A stretch of DNA of 43,784 nt from a virus (taxonomy: Duplodnaviria; Caudoviricetes): positions 1 through 43,784 of IMG/VR virus record IMGVR_UViG_3300015370_000024, one strand, 5' to 3'. The translations under genes and the position numbers were made by a program. The notes beneath the pieces were generated by a model. The model saw only the letters and a program-made list of their open reading frames with translations, had not been told where the DNA came from and made no database searches. This document shows positions 17,641-26,156 of the stretch, one piece after another (position 1 is the stretch's first letter; the number at the start of each line of letters is the position of its first letter).

Positions 17641-17764
17641 CGCGTGCGGCCAGGGGCAACGAACGCCGCCCCCCTCCCTCGGCCTAATGGGGCGAGCATA
17701 CAATGCAGAGTTATGCTCGCGCCATTAGCTGGCTTCGTGCCAGAGAAAGAGTTGAAAGTCTAGG

Positions 17765-17983
17765 ATGCTAACTTATGATGAAATGAAATTAGTAGCCGAA
17801 GGTTGCTATCGCCCATCTAACGATCAACGGGTTCGCGCAATGGTGAAGCTGATTGAGGATATTGTATTCCCAGAGCATGTGTTTTCATATTCCGAGGAAG
17901 AAATGCTAAACGCATTGATGCGTAAATTGGGTGTTCAGTTGACGCTTGCGCATTGGGCAGACCCCGAAAGGATAGAAGCATGA
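17765..17983 (+). CDS. Hypothetical protein (array)
   Basis: ORF after the ATTAGCT core; ATGA-coupled to next gene. Confidence 0.55.
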   Translation: MLTYDEMKLVAEGCYRPSNDQRVRAMVKLIEDIVFPEHVFSYSEEEMLNALMRKLGVQLTLAHWADPERIEA

Positions 17984-18192
17984 CGTATGATTTTATGAGA
18001 GAGTTACGCGCTCAGTGGACAAGGTGGGTGGAAGAAGAAAATAAATGTCCGCATTGTGGTGGTGTCCTGCCACGGATACAAAGTCCGTTAGCTAATAATC
18101 TGTCTGCCCAACAAAACGTGCAGCGGAAGCATGAGCATAATCACGTATTTATTGGCGGTGTGTGTCGTCACTGTGGCAAGAAATGTTATTAA
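17980..18192 (+). CDS. Small Zn-finger-like protein (array)
   Basis: CPHCG and H.H...CRHCG; reads through an orphan attC left arm at 18106. Confidence 0.6.
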   Translation: MTYDFMRELRAQWTRWVEEENKCPHCGGVLPRIQSPLANNLSAQQNVQRKHEHNHVFIGGVCRHCGKKCY

Positions 18193-18214
18193 TCCGCCAA
18201 GAGAGTAGGTAATT

Positions 18215-18589
18215 GTGACAAAAATTATTGCTCAAAATGCACTAGGGCGTGGAACACGTCAGGTCATTATCCAAAGCAATGATGGCAAAATATACGAAGC
18301 CCATCTGGAGCGCGGAGATAAAATCGAGAATGCCGATTGGAAACCAACGCAGTCGCAAGACCCCGCTAGCTTTGGGGGTGCTATGTACCATCAGGGCCAG
18401 GGCTGGCTCTTTGTTGGTTACTGTGCTCTCATGGCTCCGTTTTTCCTGATTGCGTATTTGCTCATAACGGGTCGTATGCAATGGCAAACGGTTGAATTGT
18501 TGGGTCAGATATGCGGCATTCCAGTGTTTTTGTTTTTCGCGGTCGGGATGCCAGTCATTATTGCAATTAAGAAACGTCACCATGGATGA
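18215..18589 (+). CDS. Membrane protein (2 TM)
   Basis: GTG start with AGGT RBS; two C-terminal hydrophobic helices. Confidence 0.55.
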   Translation: MTKIIAQNALGRGTRQVIIQSNDGKIYEAHLERGDKIENADWKPTQSQDPASFGGAMYHQGQGWLFVGYCALMAPFFLIAYLLITGRMQWQTVELLGQICGIPVFLFFAVGMPVIIAIKKRHHG

Positions 18590-18770
18590 ACTTGAAATTG
18601 CTAAAAATGCACTTGAGCAAATCATCGGATATTATCGGCGCAGTCATAAGCATGGCAAAAATACGTGCTATATGATGTGCCTTGAGGCAGAGAGGGCTTT
18701 GCAAGAAATGAGCCTTCTAACACAGCGCGCGGACGAGCTGACAACGTTATCCCTCAAGAGCAAGCTCTAA
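18582..18770 (+). CDS. Hypothetical protein ending in a degenerate attC remnant
   Basis: ATG 18582; TTCTAAC-ACA-GCG.. at 18715 gives LLTQRAD. Confidence 0.5.
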   Translation: MDELEIAKNALEQIIGYYRRSHKHGKNTCYMMCLEAERALQEMSLLTQRADELTTLSLKSKL

Positions 18771-19304
18771 GTAAGCCTCTTCCTCTAATGTTTGTCTTAT
18801 TCTTTCAGCATCTTCTTCCCCATAAATATAAGATAGTATCTCCTCGATGTATGTTCTCTCTCTAGTTGTAGTAGGTTTATATTCTGGGAACTTTTTCGTA
18901 AAATCACCCAAATCAAATCTATTCCAATGTCCAAATTCCTTGTATACATCTTCCAATAATATAACTTCTGCTCTTGACAATTTCTGAAATTTCACAGGCT
19001 TGCCATGAAGTCTTATTGAAACATCATCAGATTGCTCAATGTGTTTGCGCCATAGTGGATCTTTGATTTTGTCGTTAATCAAATCTAAAACCCCACTTAG
19101 TACTTGTCCTTCTTTCATGGAATAATATGTATCAAATGTAATTGGACGCTCCCAATTCTCCAATGCTTTTCTATCTGCTATGTACAACAACTTTATTATT
19201 TTGAGGCGGCTCATTTTTCCCCCATGCATACTAAGAAGCAATGAAGCTGCTTCAGTAGCCTTTTGTTCATTGAACTCAGGATACTTCTTATCGTTTATTA
19301 TCAT
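18747..19304 (-). CDS. Panacea (SocA/GepA, DUF4065-like) antitoxin-domain protein
   Basis: K..KLLYIADR......PIT.D.Y.SMKEGQV motif; GAGGAG RBS and own TGTATAAT; AT-rich. Confidence 0.75.
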   Translation of the reverse strand: MIINDKKYPEFNEQKATEAASLLLSMHGGKMSRLKIIKLLYIADRKALENWERPITFDTYYSMKEGQVLSGVLDLINDKIKDPLWRKHIEQSDDVSIRLHGKPVKFQKLSRAEVILLEDVYKEFGHWNRFDLGDFTKKFPEYKPTTTRERTYIEEILSYIYGEEDAERIRQTLEEEAYLELALEG

Positions 19305-19382
19305 TTTCTCCTCAATGTGATTATACAACATCAAGGCACCTGTTACAATAAAGCGGAGGAGTCTATTCATTTCCCATCGTTT

Positions 19383-20582
19383 TTATGTAAATTCCACCAA
19401 GACGTGCGGCCCAGCCATATATAAACTGCCGGGACTGCCTGTTTTAGTAACGATAACCAAAATGCCTTTATTCGCGCTTGTGACTGTATCGATGATCCAG
19501 GCGTCATCATCGTTTCTGTAATGCGTGTTTGGACTGCCCGCTGCGGTCGTGAAGGAATTCATTGTTTCCCACGCGCTCCCGGCGCTATCCAATCTGCTGA
19601 GTGCGATTGTCCAGTAGTGGCTGGCGTTATTAGTTGTGGCGACATACCAATGCTGGCTCCATTCCAGCATAGTCAAAGAGTTTCGGTTGGTGTACATGTA
19701 TGGGAATGCTGTGCCCGTGAAAGGGGCTACGTTTGCGTAAATACCGAAAGGTAGCAGGAAGCTTCCTGCTCCGCCGATGTTGTCATCCACGTACTTCTTA
19801 TTTGCTACCTGGTAGTCTGTGGTTGGCGCGCTGGAAGGGGTAACAGGAAAAGAAGAAAAGGTTTTGATCCCGGCAACGGTCTCATCGCCGGTGGTGTCTA
19901 CGTGCCCGCTGTGGGGCGCGGACGCGGCCAGGTGTGTGTCGATTTGTGCATGGGTGTTCGTGCCGATGTTGGACAAACCGGTGTGATTGATCTGCGCACC
20001 ATCGCCGCCTACGTGGTCGTGGGAGTCGCCGTTGGTGACGCCTTTGGCTGTTGCTGCATAGATGGTATCGAAATATGTCTTCAGAAATGCTTTTACTTGT
20101 GTCCAGGTGGATGTTACTAAAGCGTCACTGGCCGTACTGTCCCTGTAAATTGCCTTGTCTGCGTCAATGGGTGGGTTCTTAGTTCCCAGTGCGCCTAAGG
20201 CTATATCTGTTCCCTGTGTGTGTCTTGCGGCTGTATTCTCGCTAATCCCGTCGTGGTCATGCAGGGTGGTGTCACTCCCGTCTGTCAGTTGTTCCAATTC
20301 CGCGCCGGTCACGTCCGTGGCCGCGTCGTTGGCTGATATGTCATCGTAGTCTGCACTAGATGCTAGATAAGCGTGTGTATGTACTGTTCCGGCGTAGTCA
20401 TGGACATGCCCTCGTTCCGCAAACCAATCCAGCAAAGTCCTTTTTTGAATGGAAAATAACTCTGACGCTGAATGATTGTGAATTTGAAACGGGTGTACAT
20501 GCTCGCCCTGTGGTGGGTGAGAATGTACGCGTAATCTTTCCTGTATCTGGTAAATCAGCTTTGTCAGAGTTTCAGTATTCAT
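19383..20582 (-). CDS. Tail fibre protein
   Basis: Many HxH motifs, GDETVAGIKTFSS and PTTDYQVANKKYVD fibre motifs, C-terminal beta domain. Confidence 0.75.
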   Translation of the reverse strand: MNTETLTKLIYQIQERLRVHSHPPQGEHVHPFQIHNHSASELFSIQKRTLLDWFAERGHVHDYAGTVHTHAYLASSADYDDISANDAATDVTGAELEQLTDGSDTTLHDHDGISENTAARHTQGTDIALGALGTKNPPIDADKAIYRDSTASDALVTSTWTQVKAFLKTYFDTIYAATAKGVTNGDSHDHVGGDGAQINHTGLSNIGTNTHAQIDTHLAASAPHSGHVDTTGDETVAGIKTFSSFPVTPSSAPTTDYQVANKKYVDDNIGGAGSFLLPFGIYANVAPFTGTAFPYMYTNRNSLTMLEWSQHWYVATTNNASHYWTIALSRLDSAGSAWETMNSFTTAAGSPNTHYRNDDDAWIIDTVTSANKGILVIVTKTGSPGSLYMAGPHVLVEFT

Positions 20583-20941
20583 TAATCTGTCACACGCTCA
20601 ACATATCCACTAACTACAACAACGTTCGCAACCGCCGCAAACGCTTTCACTGTTTTTGAGTTTTGCAATATCAACCCAGGCACTACCAAAAATAAGCCCT
20701 GCTCGAACGGGATTGTTTTTACAATATGGTTAGTCGGGTCAGTCGCCCCGCCGAATTCTATTGTAAGCTGCACGTCGGCTGTGTGACTGTTATACGCCCA
20801 CAACCAAATCTTGTCATACGATCCGTCTGCGGTTTCCGCCGTTGCGGTATGAATGGCCGTTCCTGCGGTAGCCGTAGCGACGATCTTGATAGGTACGCCA
20901 TCAGCCCCGCCCGAAAATTCCCTGATTACGATTGTGCTCAT
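20582..20941 (-). CDS. Putative virion structural protein
   Basis: AAGGAG RBS at MSTIVI; beta-rich; within tail module. Confidence 0.55.
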   Translation of the reverse strand: MSTIVIREFSGGADGVPIKIVATATAGTAIHTATAETADGSYDKIWLWAYNSHTADVQLTIEFGGATDPTNHIVKTIPFEQGLFLVVPGLILQNSKTVKAFAAVANVVVVSGYVERVTD

Positions 20942-21402
20942 AGTTTCAATTTCTCCTTTATGGCCTGCGCCGTCATGCTGGTGGTAAGCGCTTCGTGCTC
21001 CCAAATCTGCACGACTTTCTTATGGTAGGCCGCCTCGATCCTGGCAAACAGAAAAGCATCTTCGTCCTCTTTGTTCCCGCGCGTATGCCAGTAATCGCCC
21101 TGCGCAAAAATGAAAACGCCCTGAACGGGTAAATGTACAAGGAAATCAACTACGCTCCCGCCGCTCACCCGTCCGCCGAAAACAGGAACCTGATACTCAT
21201 AATTCAACTCGAACTCATCCAGCCCTATAGCTACATTCCATTCGAGCGCAGACCCTACCGCCTTACCCTGTATACTCAATCCTTCTACGGAGAAGTGCGG
21301 CATTTTCGGGTCAATGTTCTCCGCTTTCGGGCCCGCCCTGACTTCTCGTAACGCAGCAGGCAGGACGCTTCGGGGGATAGTAAAGGCTTTTATCTTAGGC
21401 AT
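20938..21402 (-). CDS. Vsr/DUF559-like endonuclease
   Basis: VDF...QGDYWH...ED...VVQIWEHE signature. Confidence 0.65.
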   Translation of the reverse strand: MPKIKAFTIPRSVLPAALREVRAGPKAENIDPKMPHFSVEGLSIQGKAVGSALEWNVAIGLDEFELNYEYQVPVFGGRVSGGSVVDFLVHLPVQGVFIFAQGDYWHTRGNKEDEDAFLFARIEAAYHKKVVQIWEHEALTTSMTAQAIKEKLKL

Positions 21403-21405
21403 CTC

Positions 21406-24400
21406 TTAAGCATCTTGTAATGTCAACTGGCCTATATACTGTACCTCTCCGCTTTGGTCGTCTCGCTTTACAAGCGTTTCCACGAAGGGCAGTAAGAGAA
21501 CCATCTTATTATCAAAGCGTGCATCCATGGACTCCATGAACAACGGCCCTTCATCTGCCCAATCTATCAGGGTTGCCAGTTTTCCATCAGCGGTAGTAAG
21601 GACGCTATTGCTGTCCACTTCTTCCTGGTTGAGTAAATCTAACGGGTGCTTGTTCGCTGACCCTTCCAAAACAAACGGGACAGTGTAAGAGTATTTGTTT
21701 ACGATCCTTGCCAGCCCCTCAACGACCAGCGCTTTCAACACGGGCGTTTTAGTTTTGTCGGTTGTAAAGAGCTTTATCCGCAAGCGCAGGGAGTACCCGT
21801 TCAGTCCATAGTAGGGCGTTCCTGATACAACATTGGTAAGGTTATACAGGATAGTGGTGTCATCGTCGGTGGTAGGATTGGCGGCGTTATCTAGGTCTGT
21901 CCAGGTCGTGCCCTCGTCAAGAGAATATTGTATTTCTGAATACTGTTCAGTCAATATGTCTTTGAATATGAACTTGATAGAAGCAATGTACTTCAAGGCG
22001 GTTTTCAGTTCTGTGTAATAGCTGGACGTTTCCAGATACCCGCCAGCCGTATAGAGCATGTTGCTGTCATTTAGAGGGTTAGGGGTATCGCTGGGCATGG
22101 GCACCCAGAGCAAATCCCCGCCCGCCGCAATCCACAAACGATCCAAAGATACTCCCGGTATGGTCTGCGGCATGATAGATAGTACCCTTTGTCCATACGC
22201 GCCTCTCCACTCTTCATGCCAGCCGCCGGATGATAGTACAGAAGAATACCCGGTAGTATCCCCATCTACTCCAATGAAGAAGCGCCCAGGATAGCCAGCC
22301 CCGCAGCGAATAGCCCCGGCTCGTGTTTCTGGTAAACCTTCGTCCTGGTTGGGGCCAACGCTGTCAAGGTTGGGGTTGTACCAACGCTGTAAGCCGTTTG
22401 CAAAGCTAAAGTACACGTTCGTGTCATGTGCCAATGAAAAGCGCCCATTTCGGCTACTGGCCAATACCTGCATTTCGTCCAGTTGTACGCGGTTATATTC
22501 GCCTTGCGAGATAAATCCGAACTCCCCTTCTTTGAATATCATTGGGGCCTTATAGCCAAAACTATCTATATAAGATACTAGCCCCGAAAAGACATCCACG
22601 ATCGAGCCGCACTGAATTGAAGAGCTCCATACCCGCGCGTTGGCGATTCCGTCTGTTATATTCCCCGTCGCAGCGCTGCGCGCCTGGGTTGCCTCTGTGT
22701 GTTCTACTCCCCAGAGAGTATTGCCAACCTGACATATAAAACGCGGGCCTGGTGCGGCGGCGTCATCAGCAAAATATAAACTTCCGGCATCAGCGGCAAC
22801 AGAGCCTTCGTACATTTTCACCATAGCAAATGCCGAACCTTGAGCAAAATACACCACACCGTTATTAGCCACCAAAATGTCATGCACGTATCCGGTCAAG
22901 CCATGTTGATTGAGTGCAGGCGTCCCAACTACACCGCCCGGTATTTCTTCCCAGTGGTCTGTCCCAAGAATACAGTAAAACGTAGTAGCATCTAACGCAA
23001 CGTCAAAACCATCTGAAAATGTAATCGCGCCTGCGCTGGTATTGGATGCGATCACGCGCCAGCGTTGATGCTGCGAGAACCCACTTCCGCCGCGTACAAA
23101 AAATATCTTGCCTGCCAACTCGTTTGTTTCCCATACCCCGGCGAAGGTATCATCTATGGCAGTTGCAGTCCCTCCAGTGGTCAACATCCCCGCATATCCG
23201 TTTTTCCAGAGATGAGTAACCCCATCTATGGTTTGAAGATAATAAGGTCTATACCAATAGTTAAAGAGTTTCCCGTAACTTGGCTCTTTCTTTACCACCG
23301 CGCGACAAGGAAAACCCTCATCTAAGACAGGACTTCCTGCCTGTTTCAAGTAGCCTGCGATTGCGCCATCCGGCGCGTATTTTGTAGTCCCCGCCACCAA
23401 TGGCACGCTGATCCAAATCCCGTCTAAATCCACCGTAACCGCAGAAGTCAGGTCTATGACATGCCAGCCAGGAGCGAATGACGGGGGGGTGCTGTTCGGG
23501 GTAGTTTGAAGCAGGGTTACAAAAGCAGCATCCGCGCCGTCGTATAGCTTTACCCCAGAGATAGCGGTATCCAGGTGGGACCATATCCAAATCTGGTCTA
23601 TTGGCCGCAATCCCCAAATTGAAATAATATCTGTAACGGTTGTAGCATCCGAATAGCCTGTGCCCGCCGGGTTCGGTAAGGCCGCGAAGGCCGCCGCCTT
23701 GTACTTTCTTGCCGTTGCGGCTGAGGCTATTGCGCCGACTATATCTCCGCTGGAATTGTACCCAATCCAATAAGCAGTACCGGATGTGATACTGATAGCC
23801 GTAGTCAGGGGTACTTTGATTTCCCTTTCCCTTGTTCCTGATGCCACCGCCAGTGTAGCGGTCTGTCCCAGGAGCGCTCCGGGACTTCCGGCGCTATCTG
23901 CGTACAGACCAAATACAACATTGCCAGCCACTCCCGCGTCTGCCCTAAACCTAAATTCGGTTACAACTCCCGTATAGCCCGCCGTGATCTTCAACAATAT
24001 AATATTGTTTGCCCCACTTGCGCCAGCCGTATTTTGATCTTGCGTGCCCGCGTTGTACTCGAATGTATCCGGGGTTATTTTCGTAGCCCACTCGGTAGAG
24101 TTTGGCGTAGGTACGCTGGGCTCGGCCATGTTTCCGGGCTGTAGCTGTCCCCCGGAGCGTAAGAGGGCAGATAGTTGCTCCTGTCCGTTCAGGTGTACAT
24201 AGCCGCCCCTACGAGTATTCAATCCACCAGCATCAAGGAATCTTGTTTTGTCTTTCGAGAAATCATCTAGCGCTCTTCCGCCTGAAAAGTCATCCTGTTT
24301 CAGCGCGTAATATGGAGGCCGCCAGTCTGAATACTCGGTATCTCCCGAACTGGTTTTCATGGCCGTGCGGTCGATGGGGGAGCGGTTGAGGTGCTTTACA

Positions 24401-24519
24401 TCCTTCTCTATCACGCCTCCGCGAACCGCTGCGGCGATTATCCCTATTTGATAGCCGTCAGAGTCTTTGAGCGCTACATGGTGCGTGCATCTCTCGGTCG
24501 GGCCTACCGTGATAGCCAT
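21406..24519 (-). CDS. Large tail protein (nozzle/tail tubular B-like)
   Basis: 1037 aa beta-rich; QDDFSGG near N-terminus; follows adaptor-like gene. Confidence 0.6.
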   Translation of the reverse strand: MAITVGPTERCTHHVALKDSDGYQIGIIAAAVRGGVIEKDVKHLNRSPIDRTAMKTSSGDTEYSDWRPPYYALKQDDFSGGRALDDFSKDKTRFLDAGGLNTRRGGYVHLNGQEQLSALLRSGGQLQPGNMAEPSVPTPNSTEWATKITPDTFEYNAGTQDQNTAGASGANNIILLKITAGYTGVVTEFRFRADAGVAGNVVFGLYADSAGSPGALLGQTATLAVASGTREREIKVPLTTAISITSGTAYWIGYNSSGDIVGAIASAATARKYKAAAFAALPNPAGTGYSDATTVTDIISIWGLRPIDQIWIWSHLDTAISGVKLYDGADAAFVTLLQTTPNSTPPSFAPGWHVIDLTSAVTVDLDGIWISVPLVAGTTKYAPDGAIAGYLKQAGSPVLDEGFPCRAVVKKEPSYGKLFNYWYRPYYLQTIDGVTHLWKNGYAGMLTTGGTATAIDDTFAGVWETNELAGKIFFVRGGSGFSQHQRWRVIASNTSAGAITFSDGFDVALDATTFYCILGTDHWEEIPGGVVGTPALNQHGLTGYVHDILVANNGVVYFAQGSAFAMVKMYEGSVAADAGSLYFADDAAAPGPRFICQVGNTLWGVEHTEATQARSAATGNITDGIANARVWSSSIQCGSIVDVFSGLVSYIDSFGYKAPMIFKEGEFGFISQGEYNRVQLDEMQVLASSRNGRFSLAHDTNVYFSFANGLQRWYNPNLDSVGPNQDEGLPETRAGAIRCGAGYPGRFFIGVDGDTTGYSSVLSSGGWHEEWRGAYGQRVLSIMPQTIPGVSLDRLWIAAGGDLLWVPMPSDTPNPLNDSNMLYTAGGYLETSSYYTELKTALKYIASIKFIFKDILTEQYSEIQYSLDEGTTWTDLDNAANPTTDDDTTILYNLTNVVSGTPYYGLNGYSLRLRIKLFTTDKTKTPVLKALVVEGLARIVNKYSYTVPFVLEGSANKHPLDLLNQEEVDSNSVLTTADGKLATLIDWADEGPLFMESMDARFDNKMVLLLPFVETLVKRDDQSGEVQYIGQLTLQDA

Positions 24520-25316
24520 TACGCCACCCTCACCATAATATTATGATCTCCAACCAACGGGCGGACAGAGATTACCTTTTGCTGCGCTTCCTCGAAGGGA
24601 ACTTTCACCTCACCCCAGGACTTAATTCTAGTACCCAACGATCTAAGTAGGTTCACACTGGCCGCATAAGTCAACCACTGTTTATTTACGTTCGGGTTTA
24701 CAACATCTTCGTAGGTATCCAACACGCTATGAGGAGCATAGTATTTCAATCTCAAAGGATACCCGTCTCCCAGGTAGCCGGTGTACTGGTAGGGGATATA
24801 TAAATACCCGTTGTTTTCTGTAAAGTGCGTGAATTTTCTCCACTTGTAAGGCGCTGACGTTGCTCCCGCTACCCACATTTGGCGGACATTGCGAACCCCG
24901 GTGGGAAGCGCGTACTCTTCGGTATCCGTTGCGCTAATCAGGGTAGCATCGTCCACGTAATCAATGATGGTAGGAATGTCGCCAAGCTCGAAAAGAGCCT
25001 GGTTTATCGCCCTTACAATGTCATACATATTCGCCCCGCTGGATAGAGCGCAAGCTTCATACAACACGCCCGAAACAACCAGGCCTGTAGTGGAGAAGGT
25101 GAACGTTCCGGTAGCCCCGTCGTAGTCCGCGACCATCGTATATTTACCTGCATTCGTACCAGTCAGGAAGAAGATAATACCCGCGTTGAACTGGTCACTA
25201 ATCTGTTTTCTCAGGTTGTCTACAAGGGTGGTTGTGCCCCCGCCTGTCGCCGCGCCGGAGTGCATGACGAGGCTAAAGCGAGAAACGGCCAGGAGCATGT
25301 CGTTTAGAGTTGTCAT
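24519..25316 (-). CDS. Head-tail adaptor/tail tubular A-like protein
   Basis: MTTLNDM.. start, AINQAL and YALP motifs; position after the capsid block. Confidence 0.55.
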   Translation of the reverse strand: MTTLNDMLLAVSRFSLVMHSGAATGGGTTTLVDNLRKQISDQFNAGIIFFLTGTNAGKYTMVADYDGATGTFTFSTTGLVVSGVLYEACALSSGANMYDIVRAINQALFELGDIPTIIDYVDDATLISATDTEEYALPTGVRNVRQMWVAGATSAPYKWRKFTHFTENNGYLYIPYQYTGYLGDGYPLRLKYYAPHSVLDTYEDVVNPNVNKQWLTYAASVNLLRSLGTRIKSWGEVKVPFEEAQQKVISVRPLVGDHNIMVRVA

Positions 25317-25486
25317 TTTCTCATTTTCCTAAAAGTCATCGCAAGGCGTGCGCGCCTCCCCAACTTTCCCTTTTTCTTCGATGCAGCAACAAGACGATCC
25401 CAGGGTATTTTTTTACCTTCTTTGATACCGAGTGACCGGCGGAGCGCGCCCTTCTTGAGATTTTTGGGTATCCATTTCTCAGCCAT
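25313..25486 (-). CDS. Small highly basic phage protein (57 aa)
   Basis: Not in track; GAGGTG RBS; MAEKWIPKNLKKGALRRSLGIKEGKKIPW...KLGRRARLAMTFRKMRK; ATGA overlap with next gene. Confidence 0.75.
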   Translation of the reverse strand: MAEKWIPKNLKKGALRRSLGIKEGKKIPWDRLVAASKKKGKLGRRARLAMTFRKMRK

Positions 25487-25517
25487 AATTCACCTCTAGG
25501 CCAAATATGACATCTTT

Positions 25518-25838
25518 CTAATCCACTTGTGTGAATTCTTGTATTGCTATGGGGGTATCTTCTCCGGATGCAATCGCCTTAACTTTGCCAGCGGAAAAGG
25601 CACATTCATTCATCATAAACATTTCATGTGGGTAGAGCGTAACTCCCTTATACAGAGTGGGGTTATTGTCGCCAAACGAAAGCGATACAATGTTCGTGTC
25701 GTGTACGTTTTGAAGAACAAGCCCGACACGATCAGGGGTATTGTATAATATTGTGGTCTTTTCGGTGCCTACTGATTTTTGATCCGGAGCGCTTGACTCC
25801 ATCAGAAATACTTCGGGGACATATCCTGGTTTTGTCAT
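25518..25838 (-). CDS. Putative virion protein
   Basis: GGAGG RBS; beta-rich; structural operon. Confidence 0.55.
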   Translation of the reverse strand: MTKPGYVPEVFLMESSAPDQKSVGTEKTTILYNTPDRVGLVLQNVHDTNIVSLSFGDNNPTLYKGVTLYPHEMFMMNECAFSAGKVKAIASGEDTPIAIQEFTQVD

Positions 25839-26143
25839 GGTTCATCCTCCATGAATTTCTCATAAACCGCAATGTGATTTTCACTTAACTTACCATCCTT
25901 GTTAAGTTCTTCTAGCGCGGAGACAATGATTGTCAATGCCTTTGGGCCTATGTTTATTTCTTTATCAATATTTTTTTTCCATACCACTTGATTGCCCTCT
26001 TGGCTAATTTCGCATTCCTCAACGTCTTTCTCATCGAACCCTAACGCTGTACGCAAATCACGAATGATCTTTATTGTAACAATATCGCCCTCTTTAGGTA
26101 GAATGCTTTGCAGCAAAACACGATCTAAAATAGACAGTTTCAT
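25835..26143 (-). CDS. Hypothetical protein
   Basis: AGGAG RBS; coupled to next gene. Confidence 0.6.
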   Translation of the reverse strand: MKLSILDRVLLQSILPKEGDIVTIKIIRDLRTALGFDEKDVEECEISQEGNQVVWKKNIDKEINIGPKALTIIVSALEELNKDGKLSENHIAVYEKFMEDEP

Positions 26144-26156
26144 ACATACTCCTATT

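Larger units (their letters stand above)
13234..18770 (+). mobile_element. Integron-like gene cassette array lacking integrase (CALIN-like) inside a phage
   Basis: Co-oriented small ORFs separated by RYYYAAC...GTTRRRY palindromes with bulged bases; cassette starts complement their own R'' ends. Confidence 0.85.

Noticed and set aside
13375-17730. CRISPR array or REP/terminator interpretation of the repeats
   Set aside because: Units are non-identical long palindromes with attC cores separated by whole genes; no constant repeat-spacer period and no T-tracts
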